DNA of 42,673 nt from Spirogloea muscicola (Eukaryota). Location: positions 577,768 through 620,440 of the forward strand of contig WELB01000013.1 of assembly GCA_009602725.1 (NCBI GenBank), given 5' to 3'. Both the position numbers and the translations under genes were made by a program. Each line of letters starts with the position of its first letter. The first letter of the stretch is position 1. The notes beneath the pieces are model-generated. The model was not told where the DNA came from and did no database searches. It saw only the letters and a program-made list of their open reading frames with translations. Shown here in pieces: positions 10,841 through 23,900 of this stretch.

Positions 10841-13800
10841 TCACGCCAACGTTGGTGTGAGGAGCGTCTCGGGGAGCATGCGGTGCATGATCAAACCGCA
10901 GAACAGGCATATCGGGCTGGCGCCGCTGCTTGCAGCCGCCAGCACGTCCTTGGGCAGTGCCAGCAAATCGGCCATGCTCAGGCTGCTCCCAGCTAGCACT
11001 CGCGGAGTGGCAATGGCAGCTCGCCGCTGGCAGCATCGGCACCTCCACAGAAGCGGGCCATCGCACAGCTGCAGGGAGACCATACAGCGCTGCAGACGGT
11101 GAGAGGGGCGCTGCTGCGCATCGCCAGGAGCCTCTGCAGTGGGGCTGCAGGCCGCCTTGTCAGGGGAGAGAAACGGAACTGGTGCTCGGCAGATGGGGCA
11201 GGCCTCCTCCATGTCTCTGCACATGCCCGCCGCTAAATCTCAGCCGCGCGGCAGCCCTGCAGACCACCCAGCAAACATGGGCCAACCATAGCGCAAAATG
11301 GGTGGCAGCATTTTGAAGTGACTCACTGATCATTCAGCAGTCGCCGCGCCGTGGCCGCTACCTCCACCAGGCTCGAGCGTGCCTGTAAGCGATTCTGGGA
11401 TGTCCAGCACAGCGCAAGTGCTGTAGCCTTTCTGGAGCACAGGTCTGCTGTCGACACTGTCTCGGCCAGCTCTGATGCCAATCTGTTGCTTCTGAGTGGC
11501 TTGCTGTGAGTTTCTCCACCAGCTTCACTGGCAGCAAGCTTGGCCTCTCCATTGACAACATCAGTGCCTGTTGTCGCCCGTTCCACATAACACCGCAATG
11601 TGTACAGGCATATTCGCTGCTGCAGCTCTGCCTCTGAGGCGCTCAGGAATTTGCGCCACTGCGTTGCTTCCTCGGTGAGGTGCGCAACCTCGTCTTGTTG
11701 GTCATTTACTAACTCAACAGCTGAGGCCTTGCCATTGACACCTTCCTGCCTCTCGCCATCTGCAGCAAAGATGCCCTTGACAGGCATGTCCCCATCCTCA
11801 ACAGCTGCCACGAATGTCCGGCAGAGAACATTTGCTAGCTGCAGAGCTCGGCAGCTGGCATGGAGCGCAGCCTCATCCGTCAGCACAGAAGCGCCCAACA
11901 AGAGCAGGTTGAGGAAGTCTCGCATGAGGACACCCCAGCAGCTCCTGCCGAGGTGCATGATTGCCTGTGTGATGTCCCAAGTAACGAGCGGCACGCCTCC
12001 TTCCAAAAGGTTTGCAAGCGCCGCAGAGACAGCCTGCATGCAGGAGCTGATGCCAACACTGGGCGCAGGCTCTGCCTGTGTGTCCGCTGTCATGCAGCCA
12101 CCGACCCAGTGGAGCTGCAGCGCTCCCTTGTGTAACCTGTGCAGCACAAGCAGCCAGCTTGATTAGTGGCTCTGGCGAGTAGCTCAATATCATCTGTTAC
12201 TTTGTGAGCGCTACTTCGTGCGCTGCTGCTTAAGAATGTCAATGTTATCTAAATAATAAATGGGGGCAAAAATGTGACTTACCTCCTCTGGTACATAGGC
12301 TCCAAAGTTTCAGGAATGACTCCTCGGACCTGAAATTCATTGAAGAAAGTGTTGATTGGTTACGTGGCACATTGGCCACTGTGGCATAAGAACCTAAAGA
12401 GAAAGTTGACCTACATTTGTCCAATCTGACAGGCTGCAGTAGCCGCCATGTTATTTGCAAGCTCATGCAATGGGCTCAGCGTGCTGGCAGGAGTATGATT
12501 GACCTATTGACTTTCAGGTGAGCCATATGCGTTGCCTGATACACGTATATTACACTGCCTGGTTTCTTGCAAAAGCATTATGCAATTCAGGCTCTTTGTG
12601 AGACTCACACCGCAGCAAGAGCGAGGCTGTTGGGCGAGGCTGCAATTCCATAATAGCCCAGCAGCATGCTCTCCAGGAGCTGGCAGCAAGGCCAGGCCAA
12701 CCAGCTTCAGTAGGCCAGGGTAGCAAGAAGCAGGGTGGCAGAGGCTGAGCGTTGGGATGCAAGAGTTAGTTACGTCATACTAAAGAGCCCATGTGGAGTG
12801 AATAGAGCCGAACATTTCAGCACAGGAATTCCACTTTTCTTATAGCCAGGCAAACTCAAGTTGCTGGCATTTGTTTGCAAATTTATTGCAAGTGCATACA
12901 GGAGATGCACCTGAAACTCAGCTCTTGGGGCAGCTTGCCAGCCCTGAAGACTTGACCAGTCTGGGAATGTTAGGGGCTCCGCAAGGTCGGGGCCAACTCG
13001 CCAGCAATGCAAGAAATTGTCCTGATAGGCCACAAATTTGGCAGAAGGTGCTCAATGGGCCTGGAGTATAGTTGCCGGTTGACAGACATGCCTTGACAGC
13101 AGCAGCTATATGTAATGGAAACCATGACACGAGCTGGAGCTGGGTGTGAGCGCGTGGTGTGTTTAGGCCGGCTTACGCAGCACAGAGGAGATGACTGACC
13201 ACCAAATCAGCCTAAGACTAGCTGCAGGCTATGTCCACCTGACTGCAGGAGTAGAGCTTGCAGCCGCTTGTGCTCCAAGCAAGGTCGGTGACAGCCTGCC
13301 AATGCACGCGGCCGGCCGGCCATATCACCACTGGCGGTGAGGCGTCCACGCCCTCCTGCCAGATGACAACCTGGCCACCGCCCTTGCCCACTGCCGCCTG
13401 GCAGGCCTCAGCCGTGCTCGCCTGGTGGCTGCTGGTGGCATCTGCAGGGGTATTCCTCGCTTGTGATGCCAGCATTAGGCTTGTAACTGGAACAGAATCT
13501 GAGGCAAGTATCTGCGGCAGGCATTGACAGAAGGACTATCAATAGCAAGTCAGTACATCAGGCAGAGCCGGGGTGGGCAAGGCTAATCATAAGTAGCAGA
13601 CTGATTTGCATACATGTTGGCAGCTGAGCTGAATTGAAAGCTCGGCTCGCAGGAAAGCTCGTGTCAGTAGCGAAGAGTGCCGGGGAACCACCTCATGGAG
13701 CAGCACGCAGGGGTGCTGATGCGTGTCCTTCATACTGGATGTCGAGACTGCCCAGAGTCGAACACTGCCACCAGGGATATATTACGATGTTCAGAAAATA

Positions 13801-16800
13801 GTATGAGGGGCGTGGTCGTGGAAGACGCTGGCATCGTCAAAGCAAGTGCCTGCCTAGACACACTGAGCAGGAAGAGCATGGAGCATTGCATGATAGTCAC
13901 GGAGTCAGCCGCTTGCTGACCGGCCAGCTTACCTGCCATCGGAGCCTCCGCTAGCCAGGAGCGCCGGCTTGTCAGCGCTTTTGCAACCCTCAGCTGCTGC
14001 CAAGGTAACCTGCGGGGCCCAAGCGAGCGCTGACACCCAGCTGCAGTGGGCCCCCAGTGTCGCCCAGCGCTCCACGCCTGGCCACTGTCTGTCTTGGTTA
14101 AGCATCGACGGTCTGGGCCCTGTGATGCGCCAGAGCACACACCGTCCACTCTTATACCCTGTCGCCAGGAAGGAAGCTTCCACGAGGGCTAGCCCTGCTG
14201 ACGACCGCCAGCCGACCGAGCTCTCCTTGTCGGGCCGACCGCACGCTATGGCCACTGAACCACCAGCATCGATTGAGGGCGACCATGCAAGGCAGAGGCA
14301 GTATAGGAGGTCGCGCCGCGCGGCGTACTCTGCCGGCGAGAGCTTGCAGGGGTCACTGCCATGGTCTGGCCGGCCAGTGCCCTTGGCGGCTGTCTTCCTC
14401 GGCCCTTTGCTGCTGAATCTGGCGGGCTCCGACGCTTCTTTGTCTTGCGACGGCCGGTGGCGTGCATGCATCAACCGACGGGGCGGACTTGTCACCCCGC
14501 TGCCTTCGGTCCCCCGCTTGTTGACGTTATCCTCCGCAGCAGCATGCGGCAAGCTGCCGCTGGCAGCTCCCCTGGCTGCCACTGTATTCGGCCTGGAGCC
14601 CACGTCCATGACAGCAACGTCAGTGTCCGCCATGCCATTGCCATCATGATGCCTGTTTGCGCTCTCGTGCGCGTGAGCTTGCGTTGTGCTGCCTCCACCA
14701 CTGTGGCCTGCCTCTGTCATCAAGAGCTCCGCCCCCCTCCGAGGGCGACTGCGGCCCTGGTCGTTCAAGGGCGCGACAACCACCGCTGCTTTGGCCTCCT
14801 CCTCATAGTGGATGATTTTACGAAAGCGAATGAGCTTTCGCACAAGTATGTTTAGCTCCTGCATCTCCACTAAGGACACAGCATCAGGCATGCATGATCA
14901 GGCAGCAAGGCCCACCTGCAAGTAACAGCTTCTATCGATCTAGGACTGTACTGTGAAAGGTCAATGCTGCAGGCATGCCTGCTCTTGGTGCTGCCGCTGA
15001 TCAGCATGATTTGTGTGATTGTGGTTTCACCATGAGCTCGTTGTGAGCATGCCTGTTCTTGGAGCTTCCACTGAGCAACATAATGTGATTTTAGCCTCAC
15101 CATGAGCTTACTATGAGAAACATTTACACAGAATACATGCAATAGCCTGCACATGCCTATCAGAAGTCCTGTCACAATGCTCTGACATATGATTCATGGA
15201 AACGCCTACCCTGCTACAACTGGCCTACATCCTGTGACTTGACTGCCTCAACAGTAGCCTGCCTTTAACCTCCATATGTCAGCCTCCACAGGTCTCCTGG
15301 ACTGAACTCCGAGGAATCTTGGGCTTCTTATGTGCCACCCACCTTCATAGTCATGGCTGCAGAAGCCATGGCCTTCTCGTCAACGGCCGTCTCCTCCAGC
15401 GCCTTGTCCACCAGCTCCTTGTCGCGCCCGTACAAATGCTGCCCTGTAAACAACACCGGCACCAACAGAAGGGCAGGGCCAGCAATGATAGGGTCAGCCG
15501 GGCAAAACGAAGTTCCAAAGCGCAGCCAGCACTGACCAAGCAGCCACTGCATTGCAATGTTGCCTGCAGCAAAAGTGATGCGGTTTCCTACCCTCACGGT
15601 ACTTTGGAAGCTCATCTTTCGTCAACTTCTGCCGCTTCGCCTGGAAGCGCTCATACACAGCCTGCCGGCAAGCGCAGCTGCCAAGGCCTCAGCACCACTG
15701 AGCATCTCGCTCGCTACTGCAACTGGCATGTGCCATGAGAAAGGAGAGGCTTCAAGTCCATCACGACGACACACCTCAACCAGCGGGTGGTTCATTCGGC
15801 CTTTCTTGCCACCTTTAGCGGGCGCTGATGTTGACAGCGGACTGCCCTCCAGTGTAGCCTGCAAGTCCCGCAAGAGGCGCCAATCAGACTTGCCGGGCGG
15901 AGGTTGGCAGGAGCGAGACACAACGACAGATTAGTGAAACAGCTACCAACAAACCTCTGGCTGGTTGAGTGCAGCAGGCGGCACGCTCTCGACCGCAGCT
16001 TCTGTGCGTGCATGCTTGACTCCAGCTTCCGGGTTTCCACGGGCATTGCTTGGCGTGGCCCGTACCTCTGTCCTGCCGGCAACGCTTCCGCAGCGGTTTC
16101 AAAGAACATCACAGACTGAGACCGCAGCTGGTCAGCAAGTGCAAAAGCAGACTCCTCACGCTTGCCCTGCCAGCGCCGCTGCAGGCTTGGGGCACGTTCT
16201 TGCATCTGGAGGATAAAATTAGGAGGCAGGAAGGCATGGTCGCAGCAGACCTGGCCTGCTTCTTGCACCTTCTTTCTGCATGCTGCTCTTGCTCCTAGTA
16301 GCCCACAGTGGCGATGAGAAGCTGGCGGCATGATCCTCCTGCTCATCACCAGCGTCGAGGTAAGGTCACGCACACCATGATCAAGAAGCAAGGGCAGGCA
16401 GTTCCAAGGCAGGGCCAGAGGCGTACGTGCTGATACAGCTCGACTGCAGGGCGCGCATCGGCGAATCCGCTCATGCGGCAGGCTGCCAGCTCCACTTCCG
16501 AGAGGTCCGCAACCTGGCACGGGCCAGCGACAACACAGGCACAGTTGCTCATGTCAGACACGGAGGACGGGGTATGAGCTGAGCCAAATGCATGGCGATG
16601 TGGCTGCAGCAACAGCTGCCCCAGCAGCTCGCAGTGTCACCTCGTCCCACTCAATGGCGAGCTTGCGCTGTGGCGCAGAGTACAACCGCACACGACCATC
16701 GGTGGTGCATACAGCGAGCAGACACCTGCAATTCACAGCCAGACCCTCTCCTTGTGTCTCAAGGTGTCAAGCCTGCCGTTGTGGTCACTGTCAGCCTTTT

Positions 16801-17567
16801 ACTATCTGATCACATGATGGATCGTACTATGCTGTTCATTGTCAACTCCTGCTAATGCTGCAGCAGCCAGCAGCGCACTAAAAACAAACAGCAAAAAGCA
16901 TGGGGCTACAACCCCCCGAGAGGCGTGTAACCCTGCGGCGACCACGCAATGCTCCGAACTACAATGGCAGGATTGCGGGAGAGAAAGGCCGCGAGCAGCG
17001 ACGGCGCCCCCAGGCCTGCGGCACGACGCTGCAGCTGCTCAGGCGGCGGATGCGGTACCAACGTGGCTCATATAGAGTGGCCAACCGGCCAGGTGATGCT
17101 GTCAAATCGAATGCTGGTGACAGGGCAAATGGAGGTGCAGAAGGCCAAGGGAGGGATGGCGAAGGGATCTCACTGTCAGGATCCACAGTACCACCGAGGT
17201 CCGGCGCTTTGTTGTGCTGTGGGCAACGCACGAAGCTGCGGGGGCTCGCGAGGTCCGTGGGGCTCTGGCAGCAGCAACAGCGAGCACCAGCAAGCTTGGC
17301 AGAGGATGAGGAGCCAAGCGGCAGCTGCTGGTGCGGAGCAGCACGAGACGAGGAGAAGGACGGTAGTGCGGCAAGCTCTTCACAGCTTTGCTGGGGGGAA
17401 GCCATCCGGCAGCGGTGCTGCGCTCGCCGCCGCGGCGCGCGAAGCAGCGGCGGGCTGTGGGGCGACTGACCAGGATGACGACGACAGGGCCGGCAGCCGC
17501 GGCGAGCAGGTTCTCGTCGGACCACCGCACGGCGCCGGGGCAGGCTGGCTCGGCGCCGAGCGCCGCC
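10841..17567 (-). CDS. GTF3C4: Transcription factor IIIC 90-kDa subunit (GTF3C4/tau60-like WD40 protein with C-terminal Zn finger), multi-exon; start probably in the N gap
   Basis: Exon peptides PACPGAVRWSDENLLAAAAG, VRSIAWSPQG, CLLAVCTTDGRVRLY, CLAWSP, AHCSWVSALAW and HWQAVTDLAWS, with C-terminal CPIC...RCMVSLQLC...WRCRCC...CLFCG. These resemble plant TFIIIC-delta proteins. Stop at 10841-10843. Confidence 0.8.
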
Positions 17568-17830
17568 NNNNNNNNNNNNNNNNNNNNNNNNNNNNNNNNN
17601 NNNNNNNNNNNNNNNNNNNNNNNNNNNNNNNNNNNNNNNNNNNNNNNNNNNNNNNNNNNNNNNNNNNNNNNNNNNNNNNNNNNNNNNNNNNNNNNNNNNN
17701 NNNNNNNNNNNNNNNNNNNNNNNNNNNNNNNNNNNNNNNNNNNNNNNNNNNNNNNNNNNNNNNNCCCCCCTTTCTCTCCCTCTCTCTCTCCCTCTCTCTC
17801 TCTCTCCCTCTCCCTCTCTCCCCCTCTCCA
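17568..17830. other. Assembly gap (17568-17764) followed by a (CT)n/(GA)n microsatellite
   Basis: Directly visible. Confidence 0.9.
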
Positions 17831-18111
17831 ACTCTCAGGACTGCCGCACCCAATTTTCGTCCCCCTCCCCCGCCTCCCTCCCTCCTCCCTCCCTCCGCCT
17901 GCAGGCCGCACTGCAGGCGGGGCGCCGCGGCCTGCCCCCGACTTAAGGTTAGGTCCGCGCCTGCGCATGAGGGGGCCGAGGGTTCGAACCCGGCGACCCG
18001 CAGGTTCCGCTGCCCGGACCGGGGTTTCGCGGCTGTTGCGTAGCTCACTTCGTGTAGTACGCGCGACCCGGCGGATCACGTGCCGCAGCAAGCGCGGGCC
18101 AGATTAACTGG

Positions 18112-18435
18112 TGGCTGGGAGAGGCCAGCCCAAGGGAATGGACAAGGTCCGAAGGAGCCGGAGTGCTAAGGACTGAGACAGCAGCAAGCGGACTCTCAGT
18201 AAGCTCTAGTCAGTAGATGCAAGTCTGAATAGCTAGCAGGCGACGTGCCGCGCTGTGCTTAAGATGAGAGAGAAGGCGCGCGGAGCGCAGGAAATCAAAG
18301 GGAGGCCCAATTCAAGCCAATACATTGTGCAGGCAGAATTCAGTGCAGGATAAACGGGGCTATATAAGAACGGAGCCCTATGCTAATGTGCCTAAAGTAA
18401 CGGGGTGACATTGGTACCTACGGGTGAGCACATGC
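18112..18435 (-). mobile_element. Element 3' fragment in minus orientation: ORF-end remnant, type II UTR, terminal motif, linker segment and one ~70-bp unit
   Basis: The reverse complement reads gtgctcacccgtaggtac...gcactgaattctgcctgcacaatgtattggcttgaattgggcctccctttgatttcctgcgctccgcgcgccttctctc. 18183-18243 resembles 3121-3180. Confidence 0.8.
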
Positions 18436-18454
18436 GAAGATGCAAGATGGAAAT

Positions 18455-19065
18455 GTATGAGGGTCCAGCGTCAACCTGCATTGCTGGCCACGAAGTGGGT
18501 AGTGCAGAGCAGAGTGGATTGCAGCACTACTTCAATGACAGCCGCTGCGATCACCTCCAACCAGCCGCAATTCACATCTTTGGTTGCATAGGGAATTGTG
18601 TCCATATATGACTGGAGTATATTGCTAGATTACGATGTGCGCGACGTGAAGATGTGCATCCGGCTGAGATGGGCTTGCTGCAGGCTATTTGTCGATCTTG
18701 CACCGTCGTTTGTTAGCTTATGTACAGCGAGCTCAGGCTCATGCTTTACCAGAAAGCTTAGCGGCTTAGCTGGTGGCAGAAGTGCTTGATATATCTGCCG
18801 CACATATCAATAACCAACCTTTACTTGCTGACCCGTGGTAAAGAGCGGGTTGGCTCAGCAGCAGGTGATGTACATCTGTAGGTGTGCTTGCCTGTGTATC
18901 TAGCCACTCAGGCCCTCCATTACTCGATACAAGCCTTCCCCACGTAGCAGCGACTGCTTTACAGGCATCGCCCCCACTGAAAGTGCCCTTTCTTCTTTGG
19001 ACCTGGCCTTTCACAGCCCTCGCCCCCTTCATAGAACCTGCTTTGAATGCCACAGCCATTGCCTG
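18455..19065 (+). mobile_element. Decayed RLE retroelement 3' fragment (type I UTR) followed by reversed ~70-bp units
   Basis: Encodes YEGPASTCIAGHEVGSAEQSGLQHYFNDSRCDHLQPAAIHIFGCIG, homologous to window 14-150. It carries frameshifts and deletions. Hairpin at about 18827-18854. Confidence 0.8.
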
Positions 19066-20914
19066 CTTTGCAACTTCTCTCTAGGAGCTTCTACTCTTGC
19101 GCTGCTCCTCATCATCCCCCTCCTCCAGCTGGCCAAGCCTTCTCGCTCCGACCATGCTTGGCGTGGCGCCTGCTTATCTTGGGCCACATGGTTATGCTCA
19201 GCCACAGAAGCCATTGGATGAGCGCCTCCGTTCGGGGTTCCCTTGGAGATACAATTTGCATTTGGTGATGGAAGCACAGTCCACAGTTCATACTTTTATG
19301 CACCATTGGCTTCTGATTTGAGCACTTAGACATAGCTATCATCTGACAGTACTCAAGTCTTGTAGCAGACATTGTGCGATAACAAAGCCCTTTCGGATCT
19401 TTAGAACCAGGTCACTCCTCCATCATCCTATCCTTGTCTTCTTCTCGTACTTTCACTTGTCCTTCTCGGCTTACATCAGTAGCTCTCAGTAAGTATGCAG
19501 AGCTGTAAGCAAAAGCTCACATCGTCCACGTAGCAATTGCTCGGTAGTCAGCCCCCTTACCAGAATATGCATAATGTGGGGATTTCCTATATATATAAGC
19601 GCGTCATGTACTGGTAACTTAGCGTGTTGCCGGAACTTATTTTGTTGCTGCAGCGATCTTATGTGACTTACCCTTCACTGGTGTCCTAGTCTCGTCCTTT
19701 GCTGGCCTCTCAAGCTGATCAGCGGCTACACAAGGAGGCAATAAAATTTCCTGGAGGCTTTTTATGTCACGCTACCGAATGCGTCTCTCCACGTCGCTGT
19801 AGTGGTTCCAATGGCTTGCCTTGCACGACCGAGATGGTCGTGTGCTTGTAGCAGTCTCACAACCAATGCACAGCGGGCTTGCTTTCCTCTTCTCCCCCTC
19901 AGCTCATCTGATTTACCATTGCTGACCAGACGTACTGTATAGCACACGGGCATACTGAGTAGGCCCTGAGCTCCCCAGCCTGCAGCATCACTTAGATTTG
20001 GATTCACTGCCAAAACCCCGTCTGCCATGCATGGCAGGCTTTCACATCCGCCCTTGTACATCAGTAGCTGCTCCTCCAAAGCCTCCCGCCCAGGCTCAGC
20101 GCTGACTGGCGGCGCCGTTTGCTCTGACAAGCGGACGAGGATTGGAAGCAGCAGCAGGGCATTGTGATAGATTGGCCGGGTGGCTAGCCGCCCCGGAAGA
20201 CCCCCAGCCTGGCGTGGTATGGCCAAGAGGTGGTTGACCCTGAGAGCTGGTGAAAAGACTGTGAGGATCAGCGCAGAAATGAGCAACTGCGGAGCAAATG
20301 TTAGTGCTGCCATTGTGATGCCAGTGGCAGCTGTGACCAGACAGGCCGCCCAGTTCAACAAGAATGGGCTCACAGTCTCTTTTTGACGGAGGGAGGGGTC
20401 AAAGGCTTGTGGGACTTCACTAGCTCAGGCTAGAGTCTGTGTGACTACTGAAGTGTCTGGCTTTGACATTTACTTATGTACTACTTATCACCTCACTTGA
20501 AGCCTGGTGCCGTAAGACATATAATGAGTACTATCTTTTTCCATTGGGGTTGTCAGGGTGCATTCAACACATCTTACTGTTGCTGAAAGCGACCATTGCT
20601 TTAAAGAAGTAGGTTATGTATTCTGAAGAATGGAAGGAAGGGTCTTCAAAGGTACTCTGCGAAGATTTGGGACCACGTTGAAGCAGTTGTAAGATCTTCA
20701 CTTATGAGAGGGAGGCCCACTGCTTGTTCCTTGTTGACCGCAACGCGTTCCATAACATTCCGTGATGGGAGAAGAGCATATTCATGGCACAAGTGATAAT
20801 GCAAGAGTTGTCTTTGCAGGCAACCCTCCTGTCTTTGCAGAAGAGCTGCAGCCGAGCACCCTGAGGGTGGGTGCTCGAATATGCTCTCAATGACGGCGGC
20901 AACAATCCAAAGAA

Positions 20915-23900
20915 TCAATGTGAAAGAGGTCTGTGCTCCACTGTCGAGGCCAGAGAGAGCTCCTTGAGTTGCACTGGGTCGACTGTGGAGGGTGCATTGG
21001 TAAGCAGGCACTGAGCAGTGGTGGACTTGGGAAACGCAATGACGTCCCGAATTGAGGACGTTCCAGCCAGCAGCATCGCCAGCCGGTCGATGCCATAAGC
21101 GATGCCCCCTGCGTAATATCCATGAACGGAATCAACACATTAAGAAGAGCAGCCTCCGCTCCTCAGATTTGAAGTTGAGGCTCAATCCCCACAGACCCTG
21201 AAAGCTCCTGCATTTCTGCATCTCGTAAAGAGATTTGCTGCTCGCACACTGCCCGAAGTCAGTCTGTGGAGCATGCAGATCCTGCTCACCATGAGGCGGA
21301 GCCCCCAAGTCAAATGCCTCCAGAAGGTAACCAAATTTCTCCTCTGCCTGAAATTCAATTAGCATTTCCAATCAGCAGATGCCCGCTTCTGAGGAAGTCT
21401 CTGAAGCAGACGTAGTCCTTACACTCCTGTCTGTTCCGGAGAAGAAAGTATCCTACTAGTGGACCTCAGCACATACCACAGTCGATGACATGCCTATGAT
21501 GTCAAATACTTTCTCCTGGATGTGGCGCTGAAAGATGCGCAAGCTGCCACCTCCTATCTGTGCAGCACAGTAGTCAAAAGCTTGATGTCTCAAACATGTC
21601 CTCACACATTCTTCGAGGTTAGCTGGTGATGCCCATCTACTCTGAGAGTATGAAGATACTTGATGGGCTATGTGCAAGTCGAATGTATCAGAACTTGGAA
21701 ATGTATACCTCAACTCCATTGTAGACAAGGTCATAAGCCAGAGCTCTGGCTGTGCTGAGGTCGTCCAAGTCCTCTGGATGTGGAGCAGTGAATGGGTGAT
21801 GAAGTGCCTGACCACATGGTGACGTAGGGTGTCAGGCCGCAGGTTCGTCATATACTCCAACAAAAGTATTTGGCAGTACACACAGAGTTGCTCTGTTTGC
21901 TATGTAATCAGGGACGGCACTAGCAGCACATTCAGCAAGGGCCTGCCGAGTTTAATTTGCCAGTGACCTCCAGTCGCTGCTCCTCCACATTCCACTCAAA
22001 CATTGGGAAATCGGTCACCCACAGAATCGCATGTTCTGCCTGCAAATTTGCACGCCAGGAGTTCGGCAAACTGAATGAGGAGCCTAAGAGCCAAGATGCA
22101 CAATGAAGTCGGACGTAGATGTCTGTGACGCTGCAATGCTTCTGAGTGCATCTACAAGACAAGGACCCCACCAATTGAGACGAGGCTGTGAAGATCTATA
22201 CAAGAGGGCAGCAGCTTACTGAATGTTTTCTGAACCTGGTCAACGAAGAGGGTAAGACACCATCCCTTTACATTGACCCGCATGGCAAGGAAGAGTATCA
22301 GGTGAAGACCAGCATACCTCGTTCAACAACCCCAGGTTGCGAGCTAGATAGTTGCGAAGACGGTCAAGAGTCTTGTTCACCAGCGCTACTGGCCCGGCTG
22401 CAATGAGGACCAAGTCTCCAGTGGTGGCACCGCAGCGCTCCAGAAAGTCAGCCCTGCGCACGGGAGTGAGGGCTGCCGCGACCGCAGGGATGGCATCGAT
22501 TTCACCTAAAACATCAGACATGTAGGTTATGAGAAGTGTAGAAATCACTCATTACCTTGTGGTGTCCTGCCTGCAGACCTTGTTCATCACGAATTATTTA
22601 GGAGAAGCAGGTTGCGTCAAGTGGTGGGCCGTGCTGTGTGTGGACTTTAGAAAGAGCTCAGAAAGAATATGACTGTTGAGAGGAGTGGCAGTACTCTTAC
22701 CTCCTTCCAGCACCTTCATGTAGGCAATGCCTCGGGACCCAGCACTGACAGCCTCCTGGAACACGTCACCCTTCTTCAACCGCGTTGTGGACACCTTGCC
22801 GGATCCCCCCGGCACTGTGATGGCCTTGACCAGGCCGCTATCAGATATGGCCCCAGAGAACACCTTAAATGTTGAGTCCTTGACGAGGTCAGATACCTGC
22901 AACACACGTAGGAGTGTTGTTACGCTGTCCTGACAAGCTCTAGTAGGCCTAGCAAATAATACAATATAATTGTGTAAGACGTGTTTCCAGCACAGCCCGT
23001 GTTCCCAATGTGGCATTATGTTGCAGCAAAAGCAATGAGCCATAAATCTCACATCGACACACTCCATGCCAAATCGGAGGTCAGGCTTGTCGGAGCCGTA
23101 ACGGTCCATGCAGTCCTTGTAGGTCAGGCGCTGAAATTGTGGGGGCAGCTCCACGCCTTTGACTTCCTTAAAGACCTGTGAGATACGTGCAAGCCTGACA
23201 ACGTCATTCAGGATGAGAAATATCACGAGGTAATGCGAACAAACTTGTTGCAGAATAGCACACACGCAGGATTGCAACAGCTGGCCCTGATTCTGAACTT
23301 AAGATCGAGTTTTACAACCAGTTGCCAGGGGTTCACGTTAAGAAGACAGTCATTCAAAATCACAAGACAGTCCTGCGACAGGCTACCGTTGAAATTTGGT
23401 AACTGCAGTGGCAGCTACAGGCAGGCAAGCATCACCAACGTGGCGAATGAGGTCCTCATTGACGGCAAGCATGTCCTCCCACGGCGTGAAAGCCAGCTCC
23501 ATGTCAAGCTGCGTGAACTCTGGCTGCCGATCCGAGCGCAGGTCCTCGTCACGGAAGCACCTACCAGAGTTGCAGCAAGGGCTCTGTAAGACAACGTTTA
23601 GACCTGCTGCTTCTCCTGCGTTCGCCACCTTTGCGTACCTATGGAGTGGCATGGCCAGTGGTTCGCCGTGCCATGAGTTGTCCTTTGGTGCTCAAATCAT
23701 CATCAAATTCATGAGCATAGCATGCTCAAGGACTACAACGCACAGACATCCATTGGCAGGGCTAGTCCCTGGGGCACCAAATGGAGCGAGCGAAAACGGG
23801 CTGCCTGAGGTATACCTGGCGATCTGGTAGTATCGGTCAAAACCAGACACCATAAGCATCTGCTTGAAGAGCTGAGGGCTTTGCGGCAGCGCGTAAAAAT

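Noticed and set aside
19762..20373. 203-aa minus-strand ORF
   Set aside because: It has a GTG start, no recognisable domain or supported exon structure, and lies downstream of AspRS. I cannot support it as a gene.
20853..20877. Hairpin CGAGCACCC/GGGTGCTCG in the AspRS 3'UTR
   Set aside because: It is a single short inverted repeat with no second copy or family match.
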